The notes beneath the pieces are model-generated. The model ran no database searches. It saw only the letters and a list, made by a program, of their open reading frames with translations, and was not told the DNA's origin. Shown here in pieces: positions 45,677-59,830 of a stretch of 64,000 nt of DNA (positions are counted from its first letter, which is position 1; every line of letters starts with the position of its first letter). The stretch lies in the NCBI GenBank assembly GCA_964016885.1, contig OZ024751.1, positions 12,400,001 through 12,464,000 on the forward strand. Reading direction: 5' to 3'. The DNA comes from Eledone cirrhosa. Lineage: Eukaryota. A program made the translations under genes and the position numbers.

Positions 45677-47957
45677 CTTTGAAATGTTTTGGCCAGTATT
45701 GGCCCAGGCCATGTCTAACTTAATAGCACCACCTGGCGAAGTCTTTCAATTCAGGATTTGGGCACCATGGCCCATTCGAGAAGAGAATTACTGTTTGCGG
45801 AGACATATCCGGGTGTGGGTGGTTTGTCCGGGATTACTTGGAGGAATTTGTCCAAAGACTTCTTGAATTTTGTGTGGTCAGTTTCTGTTTTGACGTGTCC
45901 TGGTGTGATGTTGAAGAGAGCAGGGCCGATTGAGGTGAAATAATTGTGCCGTATTGTTGTTATGAGTTGCGATTTAGATTTTTGAATGGGACGGATAGCA
46001 CGGGGCCCAAGCCTTGGGTGTATCTTGAAGGCGATGCCAACATCATTTGGGCAGTGATGATGGAACATTTTCCACATCATGCAGATAATATAACGCTCAC
46101 GGCGACGTTGGAGTGAGTAAAGTTTCAGGTTTTCCAATCGACCCCAGTAGTCAAGGTCTGACATGCCATCTATCTTTTTCGTGATTGCCCTTTGAGGAGC
46201 TTCAAGTTTCATGATACTTTGTTTCGTGTGGGGAGACCACAGTGGACAACAGTATTCAAGGTGTGGTCGGGCGAAAGTAGAGAAGAGAAGGATAATGGTG
46301 CGGGAATCTCTCGACTGGAAGGTTCTGAGGATCCAGGAACACATTCTGCGGGCCATGTCAACTTTGCTGCTTATATGCGTGGCCCAGCTTATGTTGCTGT
46401 CCACGGTTACTCCCAAGTCTCTGATGTTGTTAGATGCCACGAGAGTTTCCCCGGAGGGAAGGGAGTACGGGAGTTTCAGAGCATCCTCTTTTCCAAAGTG
46501 GATCAGTTCGAATTTGTCTTCGTTCAGTAACATGTTGTTCTTTTCTGCCCATTGGGTAACAGCCAGTAGGTCTGACTGAAGGCTTATCCGGTCATCCACG
46601 CCATTGATGACCTTTTGGAGCTTGGAATCATCAGCGAAAATTTTAATGTTGCTGTGTTTGATGATGTCAGTGATGTCATTAATATAGATGATGAAGAGAA
46701 GTGGGCCCAACACAGTGCCTTGTGGGACTCCACTACTGACTTTGGCTGGGCTTGATTTGACTCCCTCAACTACAACATGTTGGGTTCTGTTTGACAGGAA
46801 GCTCTTGATCCACTGCAGCAGCTTTCCAGTGACACCAATATTGGACAGCTTTCTCAGTAGAATGTTATGATCAACCCTGTCAAAGGCCTTGCTGAAATCA
46901 AGGTAGATAACATCAGTGTTGGAACCCTCTCCCAAGGCTCTCAAAATGTCATCAAAGTGATGCAGTAGTTGCGTCAGGCAATCCCTTCCATTACGGAATC
47001 CATGCTGGTTGGAGTTCAGCATATTGTTACTCTCAAGGAAGTGGGTCATTCGCGATCTCACCACTCGCTCAAATACCTTAATGATATGAGAGGTGAGTGA
47101 GATTGGACGGTAATTCACGGCAAGGGATTTGTTTCCCTTTTTGAAAACTGGGACAACAGACTGGGATAGAAGGTTTTCTGGCACATATCCAGCATCCAGT
47201 GAGTTCCGCCACAGATTGGCAAGAGGAGAAGCAAGTTGGTGTTGACACGCCTTCAAGACACAAGCAGGGAACCTATCGGGACCTACTGCTGAATTATGCT
47301 TGATTTCCTTTATTGCCGCCAAGACATCAGGGGCGCCAAACGTTATGTCCGATAAGGTGTAATGGGGAGTAACATCGCCGATACAGCCCAGATCGGCCAT
47401 ATCAGGATTGCTGAAAACAGAGCAGTATTGTTTCTGCAGTATCTCACCCATGGTTTTAGCATTGTCTTGAAGAGTGCCATTTTCATCAATTAGAGGGCCA
47501 ACAGTAGAGCCAGTGATTTTGTGTTTTTTTTGCAAATGAAAAGAACACTTTGGGATTGAGTTTGATCTTCTCAATGGCCCAGGCCTCTTCAGCTCTTCTC
47601 TGATTGTTGATGAGGGACATTATGTTGTTTTGGAGGTTATGTTTTTTAATCTCTAGTGATGAAATGGCAGTCAAGTTGATGTGTTGCTGCTGACAGTATT
47701 TCAGCTTGTTGATTTTTTTGTTCGTTCTCTTAATTTTTCTGATGAGTGTTTTTCTATTTCTAGGGATTCTGCTCTTAGATTTGTTTATAGTTCTTAATGG
47801 GGTGTGTTTAGCACATATGTTTGTAACAGTGTCCACAAATGTCTGCCAGGACTTTTTGATGTTAGTGGGTGTATGAGTGTGCGTGAAGGACCAGTCGACA
47901 TGTGCAAGATCATGACTGATCGCTTCCCAGTTTGCATTGTGGAAATCCATAGCGTCA
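45677..47957 (-). mobile_element. 5'-truncated CR1-like LINE (reverse transcriptase), frameshift at the T-run ~47525
   Basis: GPDRFP, PVFKKG...NYRPISLTS, NQHGFR, YLDFSKAFDRVDH, SGVPQGTVLGPLLF, FADDSKL, RDLGV, RPHLEYCCPLWSP, SLQRRRER; short 3'UTR at 45677-45750. Confidence 0.93.
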
Positions 47958-48592
47958 ATATATATACATGTATATGTATATATACATGTATATGTATATA
48001 TATATGTATATGTATATATACATGTATATGTATATATACATGTATATGTATATGTATGTATATATGTATATGTATGTATATATGTATATGTATGTATATA
48101 TATATATGTATGTATATATATATATATGTATGTATATATATATATGTATGTATATATATATATGTATGTATATATATATACGTATGTATATATATATATG
48201 TATGTATATGTATGTATATATATATATATGTATGTATATATATATATGTATGTATATATATATATGTATGTATATATATATATGTATGTATATATATATG
48301 TATGTATATATATATGTATGTATATATATATGTATGTATATATATATGTATGTATATGTATATATACATGTATATGTATATATGTATGTATATATATATG
48401 TATGTATATATATATGTATGTATATGTATATATACATGTATATGTATATATACATGTATATGTATATATACATGTATATGTATATATACATGTATATGTA
48501 TATATACATGTATATGTGTATATATACATGTATATGTATATATACATGTATATGTATATATATATATGTATATGTATATATACATGTATATG

Positions 48593-48628
<36 letters not shown>

Positions 48629-49157
48629 TAGGTATGTATATATATATATATGTATGTATATGTATGTATATATATATAGGTATGTATATATATATATGTA
48701 TGTATATATATATATATGTATGTATATATATATATGTATGTATATATATATATGTATGTATATGTATATATACATGTATATGTATGTATATGTATATATA
48801 CATGTATATGTATGTATATATATATATGTATGTATATGTATGTATATATATATATGTATGTATATATATATATGTATATGTATGTATATATATATATGTA
48901 TGTATATATATATATGTATGTATATATATATATATGTATGTATATGTATATATACATGTATATGTATGTATATATATATATGAATGTATATATATATATA
49001 TGTATGTATATGTATATATACATGTATATGTATGTATATATATATATGTATGTATATGTATATATACATGTATATGTATATATACATGTATATGTATATA
49101 TACATGTATATGTATATATATATATGTATATGTATATATATATGTATATGTATATAA

Positions 49158-49190
<33 letters not shown>

Positions 49191-49596
49191 TAGGTATGTA
49201 TATATATATATATATATGTATGTATATGTATGTATATATGTATATAAATATGTATATATATATAGGTATGTATATATATATATATATGTATGTATATGTA
49301 TGTATATATGTATGTATATGTATGTATATATATATATGTATGTATATATATATATGTATGTATATGTATATATACATGTATATGTATGTATATGTATATA
49401 TACATGTATATGTATGTATATATATATATGTATGTATATGTATGTATATATATATATGTATGTATATATATATATGTATGTATATGTATATATATATGTA
49501 TGTATATATATATATGTATGTATATGTATATATACATGTATATGTATGTATATATATATATGTATGTATATGTATATATACATGTATATATATATG

Positions 49597-49634
<38 letters not shown>

Positions 49635-49635
49635 T
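47958..49635. repeat. (TATATG/TACATG/TATG) compound microsatellite
   Basis: Direct reading. Confidence 0.95.
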
Positions 49636-49799
49636 GAAGGTATAAACTCAACCGCGATGCTTGGCACAAGAAATAAAAAGAAAAGGCTTACTGCATACAA
49701 ACCAAAACAGTTAGGCGTCGCGGTTGGATTTATCTCTTCATTTATACCCACTCTGCTCCTTTCCATGCATAGAGTACTACCTTGATATTTGTATAAACA

Positions 49800-50195
49800 T
49801 ACATGATGGCTGCAAACTCTAAGGGTATTACAAGCGTTTGTCAGATTCAGATGTGTGACGCTCGGATAAGGCTTTTCAAGCCTGCTAGAGACTTGCATTC
49901 TTTCGCAAATTGACAACTATGGATCTCCCTGGCCCCAAGTCTTGCATCAGGATGCCTGTGATCCCTCACAATACCATGGAGATCATAGTTCACTGGTTCT
50001 CTTTGAACATGGCTGCGACTGTGGCTCCTCAGACCAGTTTTACTCAAGGACATTTGACAACATTCAGGACACACCAATTCAATGGAGACACCAATCGTTT
50101 GGAGAGATATACTAGGACATTGCTTACGCACATCCCATTTGATCTTCGCGTGCTCTATCCGTCTGTCCACAAAATTGTGAACCCCATCATTCACC
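49800..50195 (-). pseudogene. 3' end of an RTE-type LINE with two degenerate C2H2-like motifs
   Basis: EHAKIKWDVRKQ...LVCPECCQMSLSKTGLRSHSRSH...[24 protein letters not shown]; tail gagtttgcagccatcat. Confidence 0.7.
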
Positions 50196-50312
50196 TATAT
50201 GGATACAAACATACATAGATATACTCAGAGATATATACATACATGATATATAGATATACAGAGACTTAGTCAGGCAAGATTCGAGAATAGTAAAAGGACG
50301 ACTGAGCTACAG

Positions 50313-51450
50313 TTGTCACCACCACCTCATCACCGCCACCACTTCATCACCACCACCATTACATCACCACCACCACCACCTTATCACCACCACCACTTCA
50401 TCACCACCACCACCACCACCACCTCATCATCACCACCACCACCCCAACACCACCACATTATCACCACCACCTTATCACCACCACCTCAGCACCACGAACA
50501 CATCACCACATCACCACTACTACAAACCACCACCAGTTCATCACTACCTCCCTCACCACCACCATATCATCCTGACATCCTTCACATCACCACAATCACC
50601 AACATCACCACCACATACCTTAACCACAACAACCACCTCCCAAAACCAGCACCACCACCAAACCAGCACCACATCAACACAATCACCAATACAACCACCA
50701 ACACCACAGCCGTCACATCCCCACCACATAACCAACACCCCTACCATCATCTCACAACCACCACCACATCATCCTTAACTCCACCACCACATCATCCTTA
50801 ACTCCACCACCACTACTATTACATTACCACCGTCACACCACCACCACCACCACACCACCACCACCATCACACCACCACCACCACGACACCACCACAACCA
50901 CACCACCACAACCACACCACCACACCACCACTATCACCACATCAAAATCATCACCAAAACAACCACCAACACTGCAACCCTCACATCACCACAACACCAC
51001 ACCACCACACCACCACCACCACCACACCACCACCACACCACCACACCACCACCACCACCACCACCATCACTCCACCACTATCACCACATCAAAATCAACA
51101 CCAAAACAACCACCAACACTGCAACCCTCACATCACCACAACAACAATATCCCTACCGCTGCCACAACAACCACCAAATCTACTTCACAAAACCATCACA
51201 TCACTTTACCTCCACCACAACAACCTCCCAAAACCACCACAACACCGCCACCAATATAACCACCAATACCGCAGCCATAACACGCCACCACCACATCACT
51301 TTACCTCCACCACAACACCGCTACCAATACAACCACCAACACCGCAGCCACAATACGTCACAACCACCACAAATACCACCATCATCACCACCACCAATAC
51401 CTCCCAAAACCACCACCACAATTGTAACCCTCTACGCCACCGCCACCTTA
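50313..51450. repeat. (CCA)/(ACA)-rich low-complexity tract
   Basis: Direct reading. Confidence 0.9.
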
Positions 51451-51559
51451 ACAGTTCATCTTTGTCTACCATTGTAACGAACGTTTTCTGACTTCCGCCA
51501 TTCTTCAATAGCTGCCTTTTGTGCTAAACTACTAATTAGGTAAGCTGGGTTTTGTGACT

Positions 51560-51599
51560 GTATATACACATACATATATACAGACACACACACACACAA

Positions 51600-51696
<97 letters not shown>

Positions 51697-51739
51697 GACA
51701 GACAGACAGACAGACACAGACACACACACAGACACAAAC

Positions 51740-51798
<59 letters not shown>

Positions 51799-51915
51799 CA
51801 AACACACACACAGACACAAACACACAGACACACACGCACACATACATACATACATACATACACACATACATACTCATCCCCACACATACAAGCATACACA
51901 CATAAACACACATAT
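51560..51915. repeat. (CA)n/(CAGA)n microsatellite
   Basis: Direct reading. Confidence 0.93.
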
Positions 51916-52423
51916 ATATATGTGTGTGTTATCTTTTGTTTATTTATATAAATGTGTTGTGTTGATATTTAAATACACACACATGCATCTATTACGTTTA
52001 AGTGTCGAGATATTTATAACGTGTAAATATATATGTGTGTGTTTGCGCGTGCATTCGCGTACGTATTTATTTTTTTCCCCAAAAAATGTCTGACTGAACA
52101 CACGTGCTTTTTCTTCAATTGTTTTTTTTTTCCTTTTCTTCTCATTTTCCTCTTTCTTTCTATTTCTTCTTTATTTCTTATTCTATCTTCTAGTGAAAGA
52201 CAAATGTCCGAAACGTTAAGACTCGTTTCCTTTTTTATCAAGCGTTCAACTAATATATCTTCATTGTACTGTATTATTTGCTTTGTTGTTTTCCGTTTAC
52301 TTTTCGCATACATATATATAGCATCCGAAACATTAAGACCCTCTTTCTGGTATTTCAAGCGTTGAAATAATATATTCCTTCCATATACTGTACCGGGTGT
52401 TGTTATTTATGTTTACCTTTCAC

Positions 52424-52964
52424 ATGGTGGCTGCCAACTCGTTTTCGAGTACGGCCACTACTTTATATCCATGTAGGAGAACTCCTACCGATGCGCTGAA
52501 CGAGTGTGACATTTTAGTCCAGCCAGCGACTTGAAAACTCTGGTACAAACACTACACTTGTGACAATTATTGACACATAGTGCTGGGCCCATGGTACCAT
52601 GTGACGACAAGTGCAGAGAGATCTCCAGATATAAAGCAATGCCTGTGCCGTGAAGCTTTTATAGTGAGCAAAGGCACTGCACAAAGCCAGTCCCACTCTC
52701 TTAACAAAGATGATATTTACCAAAAAGAAGAACAAGTCAACATCATTGGATACCATCAGGGTTGCAGGTGATATATCAGAGTTTTCCTTCTCCGAGAATT
52801 CTGCCTTGACAAAGGCTAAGGGGTCATCTCTCTCGGTGATTTTGGATGGCCATTGACTCTTAAGAGCTTTGACATATTTTGTTTTTAGTCCTGCAGGATG
52901 TCCAAAGTCACCCTCCTCACCAAGAAACCATGGTGGGGTTGCCAGTTTAGTCGCCAACGACCCG
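52424..52964 (-). mobile_element. Bipartite RTE-derived non-autonomous retroelement (longer copy)
   Basis: Reverse complement of 15831-16306 plus a 5' head gggtcgttggcgactaaactggcaacc; related head at ~54307-54395 and related middle piece at ~63463-63585. Confidence 0.78.
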
Positions 52965-53119
52965 ACATACATACCTTTTACATACTTACATTCATACATA
53001 CTGAAGTAAGTATACATTACCCCCAGTAGTCAACTGAAGAGGGGACCTGTCCCTAGTTTCTGCTTTCCTTTCATTTCTAAATACATTTTATCATCAGAAA
53101 CCACACAGTACCTTGTTTC

Positions 53120-53162
<43 letters not shown>

Positions 53163-53197
53163 TCTTGGTTGTATGGGAGAATCGTTGAAATAATTAT

Positions 53198-53384
53198 AAT
53201 TGTTTCTACTTTTGGCACAAGGCCAGCAATTACCCAGTGCATTACTGGTACATTATTTTATCGACCCCGTAAGGATGAAAGGCAAAGTTAACCTTGGCGG
53301 GATTTGAACTCAGACCGTAAAGGGAGGTAACTATGCTAGAAAGCATGGCGTCCGACCCTCTACCGATACTGCCAATTCGCCGCC
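53198..53384 (-). mobile_element. SINE family 1 with 12-bp TSD
   Basis: aataattataat at 53189-53200 and 53386-53397. Confidence 0.92.
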
Positions 53385-53436
53385 GAATAATTATAATGAA
53401 TAAACGATTTATGTAACATCAGCATCTTTATTAATG

Positions 53437-53459
<23 letters not shown>

Positions 53460-53470
<11 letters not shown>

Positions 53471-53776
53471 CAAGGGCAACCAAGGCAAATTATGGTGCAC
53501 TTTCATCAGATAAAATACAGATTTGTTTTATAAATAAATATTGGCATACCCGGAAAGGGAGCTTCAACCGTTAAGGTTGTCTTTTTCCGGGTATGTCAAT
53601 ATTTATTTATAAAACAAATCTGTATTTTATGTAATAAAATAATTATGGTTTTATAAATATAGTTTCCATTTATTAATATATTAAATATTTACTCCATTAA
53701 TTTGTTGAGTGCTTTATATCAGTTATAAAAAATGTTTAAGCTTGTTGAATCCCAACAAATTAAATATAACCTCTGC
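53460..53776. mobile_element. Family A element: minus-strand hammerhead motif (53460-53517) running into (TA)n, central hairpin 53510-53630
   Basis: Homologous to 4892-5300 in opposite orientation. Confidence 0.8.
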
Positions 53777-53791
53777 ATATATATATATATA

Positions 53792-53976
53792 GTTGTTTCT
53801 ACTTTAGGCACAAGGCCAGCAATCACCCAGTGCATTACTGGTACTTTATTTTAACGACCCCGTAAGGATGAAAGGCAAAGTCAACCTCGGCGGGATTTGA
53901 ACTCAGATCGTAAAGGGACGTAACTATGCTGGAAAGCATGGCGTCCGACCCTCTACCGATACTGCCAATCCACCGC
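53792..53976 (-). mobile_element. SINE family 1
   Basis: Full boxes, body and tail. Confidence 0.92.
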
Positions 53977-54823
53977 CCTTGTGGATTGGTAGTATATATA
54001 TATATATAATATGTGTTTGTGTGTGTGTGTGTGCATGTGATCCCTCATAGACATCTAGATCAACACCAACATTTTAACAGAGAGTGTTACGAATCACAAC
54101 AATAACAACAACAATCTTAGTTGATTTAAATGGAATTCTGTTTTGTATATTGTAGTACAGTGTTTTTTGTGTGTAATTCTTTTGGTGTTGTCTTCTACAC
54201 CATTCTGCTTATTGTAGCATGCTATGTATGTATGGTTGTATGTATGGTCAGGTCGCTCTCGAGTGCTACTGGCAACATGTAACGCAGTACAACCTGTTTC
54301 ATGGCCGGGGCGTCGGCGACTAAACCGGCAACCTCGAGCGTGATATTTGGACACCCTGCGGGATGAAATACAAGACCAGGCAAAGGGCGGAGGAATTCAG
54401 CAGAATCAAGGGCCTTCCAAATAATAGTTGTTTTTTTAGGGGGGGGGGGTTCACTTGGGAGTGAAAAGCCCTCAGTTATTGTCACAACATTTTTATAGGA
54501 GAGGGAAACTCTGAAAAAAAACAAAAAAACCTCCTGCTTCGGAAGCATCCGATGATGTTGACCAGTTCTCCTTTTCGGGGAGTGTTTTCGATGTTCAGAA
54601 AGTGGGATTGGTCGAGTGCAAGGTTTTTCCCCACTTAAAAAAACCTTCAAAGCACAGACATTACTTGTTCAGGATCTGTTACAGGTTCGTGTGGCTGAAA
54701 GTGCACCAAACTGTATAATCTGACATGCGAGTGCAATACTCTTAGCAGAGTTTGCAACCATCATGTATGTATGAATGTGTGTGTGTGTGAGTGTGTGTGT
54801 GTGTGTGTAAATGTGCATATATG

Positions 54824-55020
54824 TACGATGGTCAGCTGAAAGATTAATAGGCTGACCAAGATACTCTCATGGATTGACCAAATGAGTTCTATTTTTCAAC
54901 ATAATCCCTGGACAGTAACAAAGCAGTTATTAATAAGAAGATTTGAAATTGATGCAAGATTTCACAGCTCTAACATCATTCCTTCTTAGGCAGCCTATGA
55001 ACTTTCAGCCTAGAGTCGTA
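54824..55020. mobile_element. Mariner-derived MITE
   Basis: tacgatggtcagctgaaagattaataggctg ... cagcctatgaactttcagcctagagtcgta; imperfect TIRs with TA ends. Confidence 0.7.
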
Positions 55021-55074
55021 TATAGTTTATTTTAAAAAAATACATGATTGTAATTTTAAAACAAGTACAACAGA

Positions 55075-58000
55075 CGTGAATGTGTTGTTAGTGGTGGTGT
55101 TGTTGGTGGTGGTGTTGTTGGTGTTGTTAGTGTTGGTGTTGTTGGTGTTAGTGTGGTTTGTGGTGTTGGTGTTCGTGGTGGTGCTGTTGGTGTTGTTAGT
55201 GGTGGTGTTGTTGGTGTTAGTGTTGTTAGTGGTGGTGTTGTTAGTGGTGGTGTTGTTGGTGTTAGTGTTGTTAGTGGTGGTGGTGTTGGTGGTGTTGCTA
55301 GTGTTGGTGTTAGTGTGGTTAGTGGTGGTGTTGTTGGTGGTGGTGTTGTTGGTGTTGTTAGTGTTGGTGTTGTTGGTGTTAGTGTGGTTTGTGGTGTTGG
55401 TGTTCGTGGTGGTGCTGTTGGTGTTGTTAGTGGTGGTGTTGTTGGTGTTAGTGTTGTTAGTGGTGGTGTTGTTAGTGGTGGTGTTGTTGGTGTTAGTGTT
55501 GTTAGTGGTGGTGGTGTTGGTGGTGTTGCTAGTGTTGGTGTTAGTGTGGTTAGTGGTGGTGCTGTTAGTGGTGGTGCTGTTGGTGTTGTTAGTGGTGGTG
55601 TTGTTGGTGTTAGTGTTGTTAGTGGTAGTGTTGTTAGTGGTGGTACTGTTGGTGTTAGTGGTGGTGTTTTGTTGGTGGTGTTAATGGCAATGTTGCTGTT
55701 GTTTGTGCTGCTTGGTAGTGTTGTTGCTGTCGTTGTTGATGTTGGTGTTTTATTGGTGGTGGTGTTTTTGTTGGAAGTGTTGTTGGTCTCGTCGTTAATG
55801 TTGTTGTTGAGTGTGTTGTTGCTGACGGTGGCGGTGGTGTTATTAGTAGTGACGTTGATGTCGTTGGTAGTGTTAATGCTGCTGTTGGTGGTGTTTTGTG
55901 GGGTGTGTTGTTGGTGCTGTTGATGATGTTTGAGTGGATGGTGTTGTTGGTGGTGTTGTTGGTGGTGTTGTTGGTGTGCGGTCTTTTGTCGGTAGTGTTA
56001 ATGCTGCTGTTGGTGGTGTTTTGTGGGGTGTTGTTGTTGTTGTTGTTGGTGGTGTTTGTGTGGATGATGTTGTTGGTGGTGTTGTTGGTGTGCGGTCTTT
56101 TGTTGGTAGTGTTAATGTTGCTGTTGGTGATGTTTTATGGGGTGTGTTGTTGTTGCTGTTGGTAATGTTTGTGTGGATGGTGTTGTTGGTGGTGTTGTTG
56201 GTGGTGTTGTTGGTGTGCGGTCTTTTGTTGGTAGTGTTAATGTTGCTGTTGGTGGTGTTTTGTGGGGTGTGTTGTTGCTGTTGGTGATGTCTGTGTGGAT
56301 GGTGTTGTTGGTGGTGTTGTTGATGTGCGGTCTTTTGTTGGTAGTGTTAATGCTGCTGTTGGTGGTGTTTTGTGAGGTGTGTTGTTGCTGCTGTTGTTGT
56401 TTGTGTGGATGGTGTTGTTGGTGCTGTTGGTGATGTTTGTGTGGATGGTGTTGTTGGTGGTGTTGTTGGTGTGCGGTCTTTTGTTGGTAGTGTTAATGCT
56501 GCTGTTGGTGGTGTTTTTGTGGGGTGTGTTGTTGCTGCTGTTGTTGTTTGTGTGGATGGTGTTGTTGGTGCTGTTGGTGATGTTTGTGTGGATGGTGTTG
56601 TTGGTGGTGTTGTTGGTGTGCGGTCTTTTGTTGGTAGTGTTAATGCTGCTGTTGGTGGTGTTTTGTGGGGTGTGTTGTTGTTGTTGTTGGTGGTGTTTGT
56701 GTGGGTTGTGTTGTTGGTGATGTTGTTGGTGGTCTTTTGTTGGTGTGCGGTCTTTTGTTGGTAGTGTTAATGTTGCTGTTGGTGGTGTTTTGTGGGGTGT
56801 GTTGTTGCTGTTGGTGATGTTTGTGTGGATGGTGTTGTTGGTGGTGTTGTTGGTGTGCGGTCTTTTGTTGGTAGTGTTAATGCTGCTGTTGGTGGTGTTT
56901 TGTGAGGTGTGTTGTTGCTGCTGTTTGTGATGTTTGTGTGGATGGTGTTGTTGGTGGTGTTGTTGGTGTGCGGTCTTTTGTTGGTTGTGTTAATGCTGCT
57001 GTTGGTGGTGTTTTGTGAGGTGTGTTGTTGCTGGTGTTGGTGATGTTTGTGTGGATGGTGTTGTTGGTGTTGTTGCTGCTGTGGTGATGTTTGTGTGGAT
57101 GGTGTTGGTGGTGTTGTTGATGTGCGGTCTTTTGTTGGTAGTGTTAATGCTGCTGTTGGTGGTGTTTTGTGAGGTGTGTTGTTGCTGCTGTTGGTGATGT
57201 TTGTGTGGATGGTGTTGTTGGTGCTGTTTGTGATGTTTGTGTGGATGGTGTTGTTGGTGGTGTTGTTGGTGTGCGGTCTTTTGTTGGTAGTGTTAATGCT
57301 GCTGTTGGTGGTGTTTTTGTGGGGTGTGTTGTTGCTGCTCTTGGTGCTGTTTGTGTGCGGGCTGTTGTTAGTGGTGATGCTGCTGTTATTGGTGATGGTG
57401 GTGGTGTTGTTTTTGTTATTTTTCTTGTGCGTTTTGTTGATGATGTTGGTGGCGCTAGTGGTGTTGTTGTTAGGTATGTTGCTGTTGGTGGTGTTGTTGC
57501 TGTGGTTGGTGTTGGTGGTGGTGTTGCTGTGGTTGGTGTTGGTGGTGGTGTTACTGTGGTTGGTGTTGGTGGTGCTGCTACTGTGTTGGTGGTGTCAGTG
57601 TTGTAACTGTCGTTGATGATGTAGGTGGCGCTAGTGGTGTTGTTGTTAGGTATGTTGCTGTTGATGGTGTTGTTGCTGTGGTTGGTGTTGGTGGTGTCAG
57701 TGTTGTAACTGTCGTTGATGATGTTGGTGGCGCTAGTGGTGTTGTTGTTAGGTATGTTGCTGTTGGTGGTGTTGTTGTTGGTGGTGTTGGTGGTGTCAGT
57801 GTTGTAACTATCGTTGATGATGTTGGTGGCGCTAGTGGTGTTGTTGTTAGGTATGTTGCTGTTGGTGGTGTTGTTGCTGTGGTTGGTGTTGGTGGTGTCA
57901 GTGTTGTAACTGTCGTTGATGATGTTGGTGGCGCTAGTGGTGTTGTTGTTAGGTATGTTGCTGTTGGTGGTGTTGTTGTTGGTGGTGTTGGTGGTGTCAG

Positions 58001-59830
58001 TGTTGTAACTGTCGTTGATGACGTTGGTGGCGCTAGTGGTGTTGTTGTTAGGTATGTTGCTGTTGATGGTGTTGTTGCTGTGGTTGGTGTTGGTGGTGTC
58101 AGTGTTGTAACTGTCGTTGATGATGTTGGTGGCGCTAGTGGTGTTGTTGTTAGGTATGTTGCTGTTGGTGGTGTTGTTGTTGGTGGTGTTGGTGGTGTCA
58201 GTGTTGTAACTGTCGTTGATGATGTTGGTGGCGCTAGTGGTGTTGTTGTTAGGTGTGTTGGTGGTGTTGTTGCTGTTGTTGGTGTTGGTGGTGTCAGTGT
58301 TGTAACTGTCGTTGGTGATGTTGGTGGCGCTAGTGGTGTTGTTGTTAGGTATGTTGCTGTTGGTGGTGTTGTTGCTGTGGTTGGTGTTGGTGGTGTCAGT
58401 GTTGTAACTGCCGTTGATGACGTTGGTGGCGCTAGTGGTGTTGTTGTTAGGTATGTTGCTGTTGGTGGTGTTGTTGCTGTGGTTGGTGTTGGTGGTGTCA
58501 GTGTTGTAACTGTCGTTGGTGATGTTGGTGGCGCTAGTGGTGTTGTTGTTAGGTATGTTGCTGTTGGTGGTGTTGTTGCTGTGGTTGGTGTTGGTGGTGT
58601 CAGTGTTGTAACTGTCGTTGATGACGTTGGTGGCGCTAGTTGTGTTGTTGTTAGGTATGTTGCTGTTGGTGGTGTTGTTGTTGTTGTGGTTGGTGTTGGT
58701 GGTGTCAGTGTTGTAACTGTCGTTGATGATGTTGGTGGCGCTAGTGGTGTTGTTGTTAGGTATGTTGCTGTTGGTGGTGTTGTTGTTGTGGTTGGTGTTG
58801 GTGGTGTTGTTGCTGTGGTTGGTGTTGGTGGTGTCAGTGTTGTAACTGTCGTTGATGATGTTGGTGGCGCTAGTGGTGTTGTTATTAGGTATGTTGCTGT
58901 TGGTGGTGTTGTTGTTGTTGTGGTTGGTGTTGGTGGTGTTGTTGTTGTGGTTGGTGTTGGTGGTGGTGTTGTTGTGGTTGGTGTTGGTGGTGTTGTTGCT
59001 GTGGTTGGTGTTGGTGGTGTCAGTGTTGTAACTGTCGTTGATGATGTTGGTGGCGCTAGTGGTGTTGTTGTTAGGTATGTTGGTGTTGGTGGTGTTGTTG
59101 CTGTGGTTGGTGTTGGTGGTGTTGTTGTTGTGGTTGGTGTTGGTGGTGTTGTTGTTGTGGTTGGTGTTGGTGGTGTTGTTGTTGTGGTTGGTGTTGGTGG
59201 TGTTGTTGCTGTGGTTGGTGTTGGTGGTGTCAGTGTTGTAACTGTTGTTGATGACGTTGGTGGCGCTAGTGGTGTTGTTGTTAGGTATGTTGCTGTTGGT
59301 GGTGTTGTTGTTGGTGGTGTTGGTGGTGTCAGTGTTGTAACTGTCGTTGATGATGTTGGTGGCGCTAGTGGTGTTGTTGTTAGGTATGTTGCTGTTGGTG
59401 GTGTTGTTGCTGTGGTTGGTGTTGGTGGTGTCAGTGTTGTAACTGCCGTTGATGACGTTGGTGGCGCTAGTGGTGTTGTTGTTAGGTATGTTGCTGTTGG
59501 TGGTGTTGTTGCTGTGGTTGGTGTTGGTGGTGTTGTTGTTGTGGTTGGTGTTGGTGGTGTTGTTGTTGTGGTTGGTGTTGGTGGTGTTGTTGTTGTGGTT
59601 GGTGTTGGTGGTGTTTTTGCTGTGGTTGGTGTTGGTGGTGTCAGTGTTGTAACTGTCGTTGATGACTTGGTGGCGCTAGTGGTGTTGTTGTTAGGTATGT
59701 TGCTGTTGGTGGTGTTGTTGTTGTGGTGTCAGTGTTGTAACTGTCGTTGATGATGTTGGTGGCGCTAGTGGTGTTGTTGTTAGGTATGTTGGTGGTGTTG
59801 TTGTTGTGGTTGGTGTTGGTGGTAATGCTA
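55075..59830. repeat. (GTT/GGT)-based compound minisatellite, ~4.7 kb, three successive unit types
   Basis: Units marked by gttagtggtggt (55075-55670), gtgcggtcttttgttggtagtgttaatg (55860-57340) and gtcagtgttgtaactgtcgttgatgatgttggtggcgctagtg (57440-59790). Confidence 0.93.

Noticed and set aside
51454-51545. Possible exon between repeats (ag...ag|gtaagc on +, or LISSLAQKAAIEEWRKS on -)
   Set aside because: All + frames contain stops; the minus peptide is unrecognised and splice signals are weak.
52014-52365. 114-aa and 110-aa ORFs with a short internal duplication
   Set aside because: Low-complexity purine/pyrimidine bias; no domain recognised.
53020-53100. CUGAAGA-GGGGAC/GUCCC (+) and CUGAUGA-UAAA/UUUA-GAAA (-)
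   Set aside because: Neither strand completes stem III, the cleavage triplet and stem I.
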